Made by a program: the position numbers and the translations under genes
NCBI RefSeq assembly: GCF_018977255.1
Contig: NW_024704742.1
Location: forward strand, 14,758,001-14,822,000
Direction of reading: 5' to 3'
Length of the DNA: 64,000 bases
From: Callorhinchus milii
Taxonomy: Eukaryota
Shown: piece by piece, positions 1-12,696 of the stretch
How positions within the stretch are numbered: the first letter of the stretch is position 1
How the letters are laid out: every line of letters begins with the position of its first letter
Notes under the pieces: generated by a model
Databases searched by the model: none
The model's input: the letters and a program-made list of their open reading frames with translations, nothing else
What the model was told of the DNA's origin: nothing

Positions 1-61
1 TCAAGTTAGATTCAAATTTTATTTTGAAAGAAAACAAGACAGCAGAGCTAATAGGATAAAC

Positions 62-67
62 TTTATT
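62..67 (-). terminator. Candidate fabp2 polyadenylation signal AATAAA (second candidate at 18-23)
   Basis: tttatt on + strand about 30 nt after the stop; the real 3' end may lie outside the window. Confidence 0.45.
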
Positions 68-98
68 CGAAAGTGTTGTAATGAGACAAACTTCAAGT

Positions 99-149
99 TT
101 ATTCTTTCTTGAAGATTCTCTTTGCATCAACTCCTTCGTAGCTGTATGA
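99..149 (-). CDS. fabp2: fabp2 coding exon 4
   Basis: Acceptor ttgcag|TCA; SYSYEGVDAKRIFKKE then TAA at 101-99. Confidence 0.96.
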   Translation of the reverse strand, partial: SYSYEGVDAKRIFKKE

Positions 150-3100
150 CTGCAAGAAATGTAATATGTATTATTGTAGTGATAATAATAATAATCCTTG
201 CATTTGATATAGGAGGACCTTATCACATCATTGAGATGTCTCAAAGCACTTCACAGAATATACTGTAAAGTGAATTGACTGTATATATTTTGTTGGCGAA
301 ATGCAGCAGCCGATTGCACGTAGTAGTTTATAAAGGTAATAGTTAGATAATAGATGTCCTTGTGATGCGCTCCGAGATGTTATCCTACCTGAAGGAAGCT
401 ATAAAAATACAGGTTGTTGTATTGTTCCTTTATGCCTCTGAGGTTTTAGCAATAGATGCTTGATTGGAAATTATGTTAAATTTTATCTTTAGGCTTTAAG
501 ATAGCCAGAAAACCTCAATTTGAAGTTTTGGCATTGTGACCTGATGGTTCTGTACATCAGGTCATGTGACCAATATTACACCTGAAACATCACTCAAACA
601 TCATGATATAGAATAAAAGAATCATAGAATCTTACAGCACAGAGGAGGCTGTTCAGCCCATCGTGCATGTTGCTGACTGTTTGAAAGAGCCATCCCACTA
701 GTCCTACTTCTCCACAGAATCGTTTTGGGGATTGTTAATTGGGATCATGTAGAATCATATATTTGCTAATTTACACTATTTTAATATTGGGTGAAAAATT
801 ATGGTGTTTGGAAGCATAATGCAATCTTGAATTATCCACAATGATTACTTGAATTTTGACCATGTAAGCTCTTAAGTATTTGAATATGGTAAAATGCTAT
901 TTAAAATAAAATATTTCAAACCTCATTCATCCTTATAGACCTTAATTTTTTTTAACAACTCTTCAAGTATGCATGTGCAAAATTGTGATGTGTATAACCT
1001 CAATAACTGATCAAACGCTCAGAAATTGTAAGGATTATTATTACAGTTATAGAACAACTATTAATATTAAGAACCAGATTTACCTGAACCATTTCACCCC
1101 CAACAATATCTCTCACTGTTGTGAGTACTTTGCCATTGTCTTTCCTGCTGAATTTTCCCACAAGTTTGTCTCCATCGGTTTCCCACGAGCCCTAAAATGA
1201 AAAAAAATTCCTTTTAGTCCCAACATACACAATATATTTGTTTCCAGAAAATATTATATGAATTGCTCAATAAAATCATGATTATGTGAACTCTAAGCTA
1301 GACATAAAGATAAATGATAATGCTATGAGAAAATAGATATTAAGAAGAAAGTTATTTCTAATTTCTGAACTTTGCATGGTTTTCTACTGTCAAACATACA
1401 CGTTGACTGCCGCAACATGTTGGAGAGTTAGCATTTTGGCGGAGAAATTTACCCTGAATATAGATTTACTTTATATTCTTAGGCCAGGATATGGCAAATT
1501 CTAAATTTTTAAGCAATTTTTCTCCAAGTTTTTTGAGGAATTATAGAATCCGGCTTCAAAGTCAAGATGCAATTAAAAAATTTATCAAATTTTGCAAATT
1601 CTAAATTGCTACATAACAGGAGTAAATCTAGGGCCAGGTGGAATTTCTCTCCACTTATGAAATGAGATGTGAGATGAGAGAAATCTCATCAGGGTGACAT
1701 TGGGTGGAGATAAGATGCTTTCTTCGAGGAGGGGAAGTAGCTCAAACCTACATGGTTTCCTCCCCTATTTATGTGGTTCAGAGGCTTGGAAGTGGCAAGA
1801 TAGAACCTTAGGTGGGAGAAAATATGATGCGCTAGGTTGTTGGAGGATGTAAATAAAGACACACTACGTGTGTGTTGGCTATAGGTAAATCTGGCTACAG
1901 AGAAGGTGTATCCATTGTTTGAATGGTTACCAATTATTGATCTTTATTGGCCTATCTTGCCATACAGTATGGGGCAGAACAGGAGTGAATGGTCCACAAT
2001 GGAATTTACTAAAAGAGACTTGGAATCACGAATAGGGAAACCCACCAGAATCCACCAAAAGTGACTGAATTAATAAAAGGGAATTCTGCCAGGATTGACT
2101 CAGTTACTAATAGATAATTACTAATAGATAATTACCAATAGATAGTTACTAATAGTTACTAATAGTTAATACTGAATACTGAGATTCAGTACAAGTGACT
2201 GAGGTACTAATAGATAATTACTCAGAGTAACTAATAGGGAATCCCAATGGGTAACTGGCAGCACATCACAGCCAACTTGTGGGAATCCCATAATCTAGTT
2301 TAACCGCTTTGGAGTACAGATTATTTGATATGGGTGTGAAATACTCTTAGTTACTATCAGGATTCTCTGTTAGTGCTTTTGAGATACTATTAATGAATTA
2401 CACTGCAAATTGTCCTCTTCTCAACCCCAAACACAATTCTATTCTTGCTGGATATAAATTTTGAAGCTAAATTGGTTAAACATAATTAAATTTTCCAATC
2501 ACCACTAAATCATGGTGATTAGTGCTTATATTGTATGTTATGAAACACTATGGGTGGATGAGAACTTCTATACTTCAATGTTAATCAAGATGGACCAGTG
2601 CAGGAGAAGTTGTGAAAATGTATTTCAGATTCTCATCTATCATTGCACTTGTTTAGACCAGAGACTCAATTCAAAGGGATCAGAACAATAACATTTACAA
2701 TGTCTGATGGGCTAGGAAATTGGATGGATAAGCAATAGTCATTGTTTCTCATGATCCAGAGTGTCTCTCTTGTAAAGGTTGGGGAAACACAAGCAATATT
2801 GTCAGTCTAGACGGTTAGAATGTCTATAATAAAACCATTTGTTTTTCATTTTGATTCTTACATTCAGTTCTGTTCCATCTGCCAAGGAATAGTCGAAGGC
2901 TACTCCCAGCGTGAATTCAATGTCTTTTGTCCGGAAAGTGCTGGACTCCTTGACGACGAATTTATTCCCATCTTGCTGAATTATAATTTTCAGGTTGTCA
3001 TGGGCTGCAAGCTTCCTCTTCACAACATTGACCCCTGGTGTTAAAATAATAACTGTCAATAAAGAGCAACTGAAGCATGTTTCATGCAGACTGTTGATCT

Positions 3101-5254
3101 TTCTTCTTATCATAAACTCTAGGATGTTCACTCCATCATGTTCTCTAATCTGTATAGGATCACACTTTCAGTAGTGCATATTATCGAGGATTGAACAGAA
3201 CAAGGCAGACTTTTTTTAAAATTTGTGTTCTTTACCACCAATTTGGGAGAAAAACTGGAGAGTTTTAAAGGTAATAAGAGATCAACTGCTGTCCATCTTA
3301 TCACAAAACCAAAACCCTAATTTTTCAGGTATTGATTAAATAAATATACATCTGAGTTCCCTTGTGGCATAATGTAACCATACTTCCTTTTTTTGGTCAG
3401 CCTGATACATGTGGAAACCCATCACAGTGCTTAAGAGTATCCAAACCAAACTGAGAATTCCATGCATCACACCCACACATGGAAATCCCAAAGGTAGGTT
3501 GTTGGAATAGAATGTGCTTTCTCTCCCTGGAGGGACCATCCTGCTTACCTAATTCCAGAAAGTAACAGGTGCAGGTTGTCAAGATCTAAGACTTGGGGAC
3601 ACCAGAGTGTGCGTTGAGGTACTGCTGGAGTCTAACCAGCTAAAATGCATAGCTTGTCAATGATAACATTGTCTGTCAAGCTTTCCTGCTGTTTGTCCAG
3701 CTAATACCATCTTACCCGTTAGGGTTTTGTCTTGTGGCTTTAATACTGAGTATTAACATGTTGGTTAATTGTAGAACTTTCACAGCTGAACTCACACAAC
3801 ATGCATGAGCATGCAGCTCACACCAGAGGGCTCTGCACAGGACTCAGGAGCAGAAAATGTAGACTATTTTCCTCTCCCTAAACTGGCAATTAATTCTCTG
3901 GGTGAGATCAGCTAACTCAGCATAGACCAGGTTTTGTACCTACAGAATAACATAAATAAAGAGAAGCTGAAAGAGGCGATCTGTAAAAATATCAAAGTTA
4001 AAACAGAATAATAAATAACATTTATATAGCTCCTATTATGTCAGGCAGGAAGTCTCAAAGTGCTCTTGGAGTTATTGGAAGGGGTCATGATGGAAAATAT
4101 ACTAATAAGTGGAGAATAAAATCCTCTGATCAGGGCAGGAAATTTACTAAAGAGCACAGAGTAATCCCTGTAGCTATTTAAATCAATATTTGGTGATGTT
4201 ATATAAATTTTGCCACCAAAATGAACACTGGCAACAGGAAAACACTTGTCTAGCAAGACACGCACGCCTTTTGGACAGCATAATGTACCCTGTTATCTGT
4301 CTTTGCTGTCTTATGTTTCATGGTGAGAAGAGAATGTTTTCTCATAGCTTGTCTAGCTGTTCCTTTATGCTGCCACAGCATTTGGAACAGGTAAGTTAGG
4401 AATTCAGTAATAATAATAATCCTTGCATTTGATATAGCGCTTTTCACTTTTTCTAGCTGTCTCAAAGCGCTTCACAGAATATAGTGTAAATTTGTATATT
4501 TGTAGGCGCAACAGTATTTCACTTTATGCTCTAATAATAATAATTCTTGCATTTGATACAGAGTCGAAAACTCCAGAACATCTCAAAGCATTTCACAAAG
4601 AATTGCTGTGAAGTGTGTAAATACAGGCAGATGGAGCAGCCACAATAATGCCCCACAAACTGGGATAAAATAATCGACCAATTTCTAATGGGATTGTTGG
4701 CCAGAACAGCAGGAGCAATTTCCTTTTCTTTACAAATAGGACCATGGAATCTTTAACATTGACCTGAACAGGCAGAGTGGACCTTGGTTTAATATCTTAT
4801 CCAAAGGATAGCAACTGCAACAATGCAAATACATCACAACTGCATTACTGCACTGAAGTATTAGCCTACTTTAAGCTTATCCTTCTGCGAGGCTTGAAGA
4901 AAATCCTTCTGACTCAGATCCAATATTGCTAACAATAGAACCAAGAAGACACACTATCGGCGACCCACTTGTCTTGAACCTGTTTATATCAACATTCCAC
5001 ATATGTCCATACAAACAAGCAGGACTGTAATAATTACTGATACTCATTTTGTCACTGACCGTGCAGTGTTTTTGCAACCTTTCCCTTTGTCAACAACACA
5101 CTGCAATTTACAGTCACAGCACATTATCTTTTGCACCTGTTAAGTTTCTATGTGTTCACTATTGTCCCATTCTCATGCCACACTTACCCATATGTTCCAT
5201 AAACTTATCATAGTTATCACTTCTGTCAACCTTCCAGGTGCCGTTGAAAGTCAT
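99..5254 (-). CDS. fabp2: Intestinal fatty acid-binding protein, spliced CDS join(5188-5254, 2862-3034, 1084-1191, 99-149), 132 aa
   Basis: Spliced translation MTFNGTWKVDRSDNYDKFMEHMG-VNVVKRKLAAHDNLKIIIQQDGNKFVVKESSTFRTKDIEFTLGVAFDYSLADGTELN-GSWETDGDKLVGKFSRKDNGKVLTTVRDIVGGEMVQ-SYSYEGVDAKRIFKKE*. Exon sizes are 67/173/108/51 nt as in vertebrate FABP2, and all introns are GT..AG. Confidence 0.97.
183..330 (-). mobile_element. 3' half of Deu-core SINE (L2-type tail) in fabp2 intron 3
   Basis: Reverse complement of ...cagtcaattcactttacagtatattctgtgaagtgctttgagac...atcaaatgcaaggattattat, shared with full copies. Confidence 0.8.
608..715 (-). mobile_element. CR1-type 3' tail fragment; related pieces at about 23850-23915, 30175-30320, 48385-48570, 54635-54760, 55975-56130, 63476-63585
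   Basis: (atagaatc)n terminal microsatellite followed by acagcacagaaggaggccattcggcc-like motif, recurring across the window. Confidence 0.6.
1084..1191 (-). CDS. fabp2: fabp2 coding exon 3
   Basis: Acceptor ttttag|GGC, donor CAG|GTAAAT; GSWETDGDKLVGKFSRKDNGKVLTTVRDIVGGEMVQ. Confidence 0.96.
1438..1652. mobile_element. MITE-like element with about 30-bp imperfect terminal inverted repeats
   Basis: Left ggagaaatttaccctgaatatagatttact versus reverse complement of right end gagaaattccacctggccctagatttact; related ends at about 26792 and 37716. Confidence 0.65.
2102..2236. repeat. Degenerate tandem repeat, unit about TTACTAATAGATAA
   Basis: Unit and variants repeated directly several times. Confidence 0.8.
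2862..3034 (-). CDS. fabp2: fabp2 coding exon 2
   Basis: Acceptor ccag| at 3035, donor AAT|GTAAGA at 2861; lies within ORF 2802..3131. Confidence 0.97.
3400..3712 (+). repeat. Unclassified ~330-bp interspersed repeat, copy 1
   Basis: gaaacccatcac..gagtatccaaaccaaactgagaattcca..gtgtgcgttgaggtactgctggagtctaacca, shared with copies near 7620, 15280 and 25140. Confidence 0.7.
4408..4925 (-). mobile_element. Two adjacent SINE remnants (tail 4408-4510; longer old Deu-SINE 4532-4925)
   Basis: (taa)n-tccttgcatttgata tails and gttcaggt/ctgagtcagaagg head-side motifs. Confidence 0.7.
5188..5254 (-). CDS. fabp2: fabp2 coding exon 1
   Basis: ATG at 5254; MTFNGTWKVDRSDNYDKFMEHM+G; donor G|GTAAGT at 5187. 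Confidence 0.96.
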
Positions 5255-5312
5255 CTCTGCAGCTGGAGTGAGCTCTTGCAAAGCACTGTGAGGGTCATAT
5301 CTGCAGCGCTGC

Positions 5313-5662
5313 TTTTAAAGCTCGACAGGTCATTCATTTCAGGGCTTTATCAGCCTGATCACTGAGATGGTGATGTGTCTGACTAAAGCTCAACTGTCTC
5401 ACGTGACTCTCTCCAAGGACACTATAGCCAATCAGCATTTTGTATAGTGCATTAAAAAATTAAGAGTTTTATAATTTGATTGACTGGAATTACAATGGTC
5501 ATGCATGACAACTTGGTTCTAATATTATTGTAGTTCAAAATCAACCAGATAAATTGGGACTTTGACCTACAATTTGTTCTCAATCAATGGTGTGGGTTTT
5601 ATAACTTCGCAGTTTTTATCAGACTTTTCCAAGATCCTTGTCTCCACATAATATCTTTATGG
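5313..5662 (-). promoter_or_regulatory. fabp2 proximal promoter: TATA-like, GATA, CCAAT, HNF4/DR1, CDX-like sites
   Basis: TTTAAAA (minus) at 5313-5319, about 60 nt upstream of ATG; TGATAA 5347-5352; CCAAT 5428-5432; AGATAA 5547-5552; AGGTCAAAGTCCC (minus) 5556-5568; TTTATGG 5656-5662. Confidence 0.6.
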
Positions 5663-6860
5663 TCCAGATTTAATCCAAGGTTTAATCCAAGGTTCACTCT
5701 AGGAGATTTGTTTTAAAACCATAGTTACAAACATAAATGTTATTGTGAAGAAGCAAAACTGGAATATTATTGGAAGGGAAAGAAAATTTGGGCAAATGCT
5801 TTCTTTTCAAAGCATTCCCCCAAAATATTAGAAAATGAAATACAAGTGAATATTTTGAACATGTGAGTGTGGGTGGAACTGTGGTACAGTGAATGTATTT
5901 AGCTGGTGATAAGATAGATTTTTCAATGGTTTAACATATTCATCCCATAATCATTCATAAATGTTTTTCCCATTTATTTGCCAGGAACATCCTTCTCCTC
6001 CTAATAAGAGCTGCCAGAAACGAGCTTGATATGTGACAGAGTGATTCCATCTACTGCAATGGTGGCAGACATTCTGACCAGCTAAGGCTCTGACCTGAAG
6101 CTGCCTGCTCCTGGAAAAGCACTGTATTGATTGAAAATTACTACTGTGTTGCCAATACTATATTTCCTAGAGCTGGAGTCCAGGCCAGTTTAAACCACTA
6201 GGGCCATTAAAAAAAATATATAATAATTTTGAACATAATTTTTTTCTCTAGACCACCCTTCCCTTTTAACCTCCTCCTGCAAACTCTTGTTCAATGAGTA
6301 ATTGCAGTGGCCATTGGAACTCAACTCTTGTGTCCTGATCTGCTGAGGAAGTTTATTGATCAGTTTGATGTCTTGTGATTTTTACTCTCCTCCCTCACTA
6401 CCACATGATGTCTATTGCACTCGTGGTACTCCCTGGGAAATTATTAGTCCATTATTTGGGAGAAAGTAAAACAGACCAGAAGTGTTTACACATCATTCAT
6501 CTATACCAATGGTTTCCAGGAAATAAAAACAATTGGAGGATCTTGTTTACATATTAAGACACAATAAAGAAAAGAAACTGCACCTTATAAAAGTCTCTTG
6601 TTTTTTTGCCAACCAGATTTTCCTAATTACTATATGTACGAAGCCTTAGGTTTCTGCTGACAATTGAACTGAAGCAATACCACACGTTACTTGAATCTGA
6701 ATAAATACAATCTGGACTATCAATGTTTCTCCTGCTACAGATCATGCTCAGTAGACTCAGGAAGCATGTGGCTGGATCAACCTGGGTTATGAGGACAGTC
6801 ATGGATTTTTGGTCTCCTGTTTTGCTGTCCAGAGTGGCAGAACAGAATTGGAAAGTGTGT

Positions 6861-7068
6861 AATAATAATAATAATCCTTGCATTTGATATAGCGCTTTTC
6901 ACGTCGGGAGGACGTCCCAAAGCGCTTCACAGAACACACTGTAAAGTGAATTGACTGTATATTTGTGGGCGAACGCGGCAGACAATTGCGCACAGCAATG
7001 TCCCACAAACAGTCGTAGATTGAAAATGACCAATTTATTATTGTTTTTGGTTTTGGAGGGATTATTAT
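6861..7068 (-). mobile_element. Young Deu-core SINE, 5'-truncated
   Basis: Nearly identical to the 3' two-thirds of the copies at 26452 and 36793. Confidence 0.9.
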
Positions 7069-7619
7069 AGCGGAGTAATCTGCTCCAAGACGCTACCCTG
7101 TGTGAAAGGTGATATATAAATGCAAGGATGGATGGGGTTTATGAGGGGTTTGGTCTATGTGATGGATTAGCTGTGATGGGCCCCACACAATTTTACTGCT
7201 TTTAGTGGAGGGCCAGAGGGAGGTTCTGTCTCAACAAGTCTCACCATTCCTCCTCTTTCATCAAGTCTCATTTCCAAACATGCTTGACAGTTTTGGTGTT
7301 GTCCTTTGACCCAGAAGTGATCATGATGCACAGAGTAGGGGCTGATTTGTGACAGAGTTTGTGTATGGTTACTGGGCCTTAGAAGTAGTAACTAATTTGG
7401 AAATGCGATGGGTACAGATTATGTTAAGTGAGGTGGAATTCTCACTCTAGCTATTTAAAGTGCATAATCAGACAAAAAGGTTTTGAGTAACAAAAAGGTT
7501 TGATACTCGGGGGAAAATGGAATTACCTGATTTAAAATCAATCTACTTTTAACAAAGCCAAGAAAAATCAATTCTACAATCAAATTTTTTTGGGGGGTCA
7601 GCCAAGTCCCTGATCCACA

Positions 7620-7835
7620 AAGAAACCAATCACCATGCTTATAGAGTATTCAAACCAGATTGAGAATTCCACATATGTATGTCACCTACACATAAATATT
7701 TCCTTGTGTCTGGAATGAAATGTGCACTCTCTTCCTGAAGAGATGCACCTTGCTTACCAGAGTGTGTGTTGGACTGCTGAAGTTTAAACATTGGGAATAC
7801 TATATGGCAAATTTCCCTATTGCTTGTCCATCCAG
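7620..7835 (+). repeat. Unclassified interspersed repeat, copy 2
   Basis: Similar to 3400-3712, with an internal deletion. Confidence 0.65.
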
Positions 7836-7849
7836 AGCAAAAGCGATCT

Positions 7850-8062
7850 GCCAGCATCTAGGTTACTAGGTTACTACTTACTGCTAGATAAGCAGAGGCG
7901 TGTGAAGTAAGGAAACTTGCCTGAGGTTTCACCCCACCTGGGAATCGAATCTGGGTCCTCTTGCTTGCAAGGTGAGTGCTGTACCCAATATCCTACAGGC
8001 TTAAACCCACAACCTTCTGAGTCAAAGGTAGGAGTACTACCAACTGAGACAGGTTGACACAT
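7850..8062 (-). mobile_element. Two tRNA-derived SINE 5' heads
   Basis: Reverse complements of ...cttgcaagcaagaggacccagattcgattcccagg...aagtttccttac and ctcagttggtagtactcc..gactcagaaggttgtgggttt. Confidence 0.7.
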
Positions 8063-8236
8063 CTGCTTATTTGCCAAGCAATGTGAGGAAAGAAAATGTA
8101 AGGGTGTTGACTAAAGCCACAGTCAAAAGATAATATTTTGTACCAGGTCCTTGTTGTCACAACAGAAGCATGTTGTATTAGCAAACAAGTACTTGTTGCT
8201 ATTTGTACACAGCTAGAAGTTGACATTATATTGTAA

Positions 8237-8848
8237 TGTCTTGTAGCTCAGTGGTTAGAGCACTTGCCTTGCAAGGGAGAGACCTGGCTTTACTTCCTGG
8301 CAGGGTGATATCTTGGGCAAGTTTCCTTACCCCACACACCTGATAATAATCCCTCAAGAAAAAAATAAAAATAATTTGGTCATTCAATCCACAACTGTTT
8401 GTGGGACACTGCTGTGAGCAATTGACTGCCGTGTTTTGCCCACAAATAAACAGTCAATTCACTTTACAGTATATTCTGTGAAGCGCTTTGAGATGTCTCG
8501 AAGACGTGAAAGGCGCTATATCAAATGCAAGGATTATTATTATTATATTATTATAATTAATAGAATACATTAACTGGACCCAATTTATCCAACATTTTAC
8601 AGCATTGTTGCAATTTGATACAGAACCAGGTGATAATTTGTGACTTTTGTGGAAAGTTTGTTCTGGACTTACCTGGATGTATTTATGCAGGAAGCATAAA
8701 ATATAAAAAAGTAATTAAAATTAAATTAAAAAGATAACTTGGTCACTCAATCCATGACTGGTTGTGGGACACTGCTATGCGCAATTGACTGCTGTGTTTT
8801 ACCCACAAAATATACATCAATTCACTTTACAGTATATTCTGTGAAACG
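8237..8848 (+). mobile_element. Full SINE (8237-8555) plus 3' SINE fragment (8738-8848)
   Basis: tRNA-like head tgtagctcagtggttagagcac, Deu core gggacactgctgtg.gcaattg.ctgcc, (tta)n tail. Confidence 0.88.
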
Positions 8849-9703
8849 CTTTGAGACATCTCGAAGATGTGATAAGGCATTATAACAAATGTAAGGATTA
8901 TTATTATTAAGCAACCCAGGGTGCTTGAATTAGGATTTGAATTAATGCTCCCACTTCTTGCCTAAGCAATGTCCAAACCTGCTGGAAGGTATGGAAGTCT
9001 ATGTATAGAAGTCCATGAAAGATTGGATGAGGCATGTTCCCACATAAATTAGCTTACCCACTGACAAGACTGACAAATTACCCACTGACAAGACTCACAA
9101 TTTACTACTTAGGCAAAGCATTGAAAGATGTTCATTTGCAATGGAACCATATGTAGCCCAGAAGGAAGAACGAGAGATAGCTTCAGGAGAGGAGAGTGAA
9201 AGGTGAGACAATGGGAAGTGAATTTTATCGAAGAAGGAAAAACATAATTACAGTTAACATTTTTTCCAAATGATTCTAACGTTCCCCCAAATGTTCACAT
9301 TTTTATTTCAGCAAACAAGCAGCCACACATTTCCGATGGTATTCAACCTTCCAATAGGAAATGTGAATACTTTGTAAAATTATACAGTTTGGTTTTGCTA
9401 AAATATCTCTTTTGAATACTTGAAATCCTTAAAATGATCCTTTGTATCTCAGTTATGAGAGTCTAGTATCAAGATCTTTTTTACGTAGATTGTAAACTCA
9501 GCAGTTCTATTGAATGGAAAGTTTGATGATACATTGCTAAACATGGAGATAAGGACACTAATTCTCAATTTATAGACACTTAAATTACTACTTAGGCAAG
9601 GTTAATTTGTTAATCATCAAGCAGTCATTAAAGTCCAAATTAGAATCAAAGGGGAGATTGGTAAATAATATTAACAGTAATTTCATCTCCTCTCAATTTA
9701 ACA

Positions 9704-10872
9704 GGGGGCGGTGGCAGGAAAGCGCGGAGAGGAGCCTGGCCCTACAGGTAGTATAAAGCACGAGGCGGCAGGGAGTTCAGCTAGGGGTGTGGGGGGGTAG
9801 GGCTGTGGGTGTGTGTGGGGGCGGAGCGGGGAAACTGCTGACGTCATGGTTTAGTTTCAGGAGTGTGCGCCCGCAAAAAAAAAAACAACCCTCTGCGCCT
9901 CCCCACCCACCCCCCGGGGCTCGCATCAGGGCCCACCATGGTCCTGTTGGGTTGGCTGCCCCAGCCCCAGCCTATGGGCTAATGCCATCCACCTGACCGC
10001 TCGCTCCCGGTCCCCACGTGCGCATTATAGTTGCCGCTCTGACCCAAGCCCCCTCCCTCCCCCCTCCTCTCTCCCCCCAAACCCTCCCCCCTCTGCATCT
10101 CTCCCGCTCTGTCCTCCACTCTCTCCGTCCCTTTCGCCTTCTATCCCCACTTGACCCTCCCACAACCTCCCTCTGTTCCAGCCTGGGAATCCTCCGCCGG
10201 GCTCACCGTGGCACTCAGCGTTGGCTGTCCAGCAGCAGCCACACCGACTGCCCCATTCCCCACCACACTCGCCAGCCACCCCGGACAAAGACCCGGGGAG
10301 CCAACCTCTCTTCCCTCATCCCCATTCCCTCCACTCCTGCCTCACAACCTGGACCCCCCTCCCTCCCCACACTCCCTTCTGTCAACCGCTCCCTCCATGT
10401 CGGACTACAAAACGTCCGCTCCCTCTGTAACAAGGCCCTGGTCATCAACGATCTCATCCTTGATGAGAATGTTGATATCATGGCCTTAACGGAAACCTGG
10501 CTCACCCCAGGCGACACCTTCCCCCTCACGGAGGCCACACCACCCGGCTACACCTCCCACCACATCCCTCACCCCAACCGCCGTGGCGGTGGTGTAGCCC
10601 TTATCTCAAGGACACCACTTGCCCTATCCCCCTACTCCTCTGGCTCTTTCCCCTCTTTCGAGCACCTCACCCTCTCCCACCTGAATAGGAGGGAGCGAGG
10701 CTGTGAATGGCCTTGTAGGTGAGGATGAGGATCTTGAATTCGATTCTCTGGGGGATGGGGAGCCAGTGGAGGCGAGCGAGGGTGGGAGTGATGTGGTCCC
10801 GAAGCCTGGTGCGGGACAGTACACGAGCTGCAGAATTCTGAATGACCTGTAGCTTGTGGAGGGAGACGTCTG
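9704..10872 (+). mobile_element. L2 LINE 5' region and APE endonuclease N-terminus (+), fused to an inverted 3'-ORF2 fragment (about 10687-10872, -)
   Basis: ORF 10018..10722 contains LQNVRSL..K, DIMALTETWL, RRGGGVALI (APE motifs); 10687-10872 is the reverse complement of the L2 segment at about 33415-33590. Confidence 0.85.
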
Positions 10873-11259
10873 GAAGCTGTGATAAGATGCTAAATCAAAT
10901 GCAAGTATTATTATTATCCATTTTTCATAACCTTTAAAATGGTGCATAATTGTAGACAATTCTTCAATTCATCCTTAATTTGGAAGCCAGCTTTCCATAG
11001 TTCTGGAAAAGAACCAGATTTCAAATAAAAACTGAATGTAAGATTTTACACAATTCTGCATGACCGTAAAGGTTAAGAAAAATTATCCTAAAAGTAATAC
11101 TAGGTGGAATCTAAGGCACGGTATTTGTTCTTTTCAAGGTTTCTTTTCCCCAAATTCTTGCTGCCTGCAATAATAATGCTTGCATTTGATATAGTACTGT
11201 AAAATGGAGTGACTGTATATTACCTAGAAGGATAGGTTTCAGGCTGGCTCAGTTGTTTG

Positions 11260-11645
11260 TAGTCTAGCCTCTGAAACAGAGGGTTCTGGGTCAAGCCCCA
11301 AGTCAGGACTTAGAACTCATATAGATTAGGATGACACTCCAATACAGTGCGGGATGTGTGTTGCATTGTTGAAGGGCCTGTCCTTTGAATGGGATGTTTG
11401 CTTGTTCAGGTGGAAGTTAAAGATCTCACGGCACCATTTAAAGCAGACGTTTCTCCCTGTGCTCTGGCCAAAAATCCCCCAAAATAAAATTGATCATTCA
11501 ATCCATGGCTTTTTGTGGGACACTGCTGTGTGCAATTGGTTGCCACAAGATGCACAGTCACTCCATTTTACAGTATATCCAGTAAAGTGCTTTGAGATGT
11601 CCTCCTGATGTGAAAGGCACTATATCAAATGTAAGTATTATTATA
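11260..11645 (+). mobile_element. Older long Deu-core SINE
   Basis: ggctcagttg..ctctga..gggtcaagccc head, Deu core, L2-type tail. Confidence 0.75.
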
Positions 11646-12141
11646 TTAGCAATATGATAGCAATATTTTATCACTTGCAAAACCCTAAAACATTTTTTTG
11701 TATTTGTTTATAATAGGATTTCCAATGGTAAACAAGAAATGAAAAGAAATGAATTTTTTTTGTGATCATCTCGTGATGGATTTCAAAGTCTTCATTTGAA
11801 GATGAAAACACCTATCTCCATTGATTGGCAGCTATGTACCAATGGGGTCCAATTTGCGAATTGTTCTAGCTATGTGTTAAACACATGTTTATAGCAAAAG
11901 AGCCTGTGTCCTTAATTATGTAATTAACAACCAATTATGTTCTCAATTACATGATTGAGACCATATGCTGTTCCTTCTGTACACATATTCACACACATGT
12001 TTACACATGGCAAATTAGACTCAGATCTAGATCAGTTGATCAACATTAAGGTCCTCATCCTCACCTTAAAATGCCTTCACAGCTTTAAGTCCTTTGAGAC
12101 ATCCCCCTGACTTGAAAGGTGCTATATAAATGCAAATCATC

Positions 12142-12696
12142 AGCCTGGCTCATGTGGTGGCACTCTTGACTCTGAGTCCGGAAGTTGTGGGTTCAAGACG
12201 TATGTCACACTCCAATGCAGTGCTGGGGGTGATCTTCACTGTTGGAGGTGTCATCCTTCAGATGAAACATCAAACATGCTTTGTCTGCCTGATCAAATGG
12301 ATACTAAAAATCCCATTATTCGAAAAGAGAAGAGAGATTCTCCCAGTGTCCTGGCCAACAATCAACAACAACAACAAGATTACATTTATAGAGCACCTTT
12401 CACGTCGGGAGGACGTCCCAAGGCGCTGGACAGTTGGGTCGGGACCTGAGCAGGGGGGAAATGGTCAGGGTGAGGGGAGGGAAGGGAGGGAGCGAGGAGT
12501 GGGTAGAGAGTTGAGAGGCGAAGTGAACGCACCTCCAGTAAAAATTGGTCATTCACTTCATGGCTGCTTGTGGGACATTGCTGCAGGCAAATTAGCTTTC
12601 ATGTTCACATAGAAACATGCAGTCTATCCTGTGAAGTGCTTAGAGACATCCTCCTGATGTGAAGGGTGCTATACGAAATGTAAGTATTATTATTAT
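12142..12696 (+). mobile_element. Long Deu-core SINE with a nested minus-strand L2 3' end (about 12362-12520)
   Basis: SINE consensus interrupted by (caa)n-gattacatttatagagcacctttcacgtcggg. Confidence 0.8.

Noticed and set aside
2102..2236. Short repeated units as a possible CRISPR-like array
   Set aside because: No unique spacers; simple degenerate tandem repeat in a vertebrate intron.
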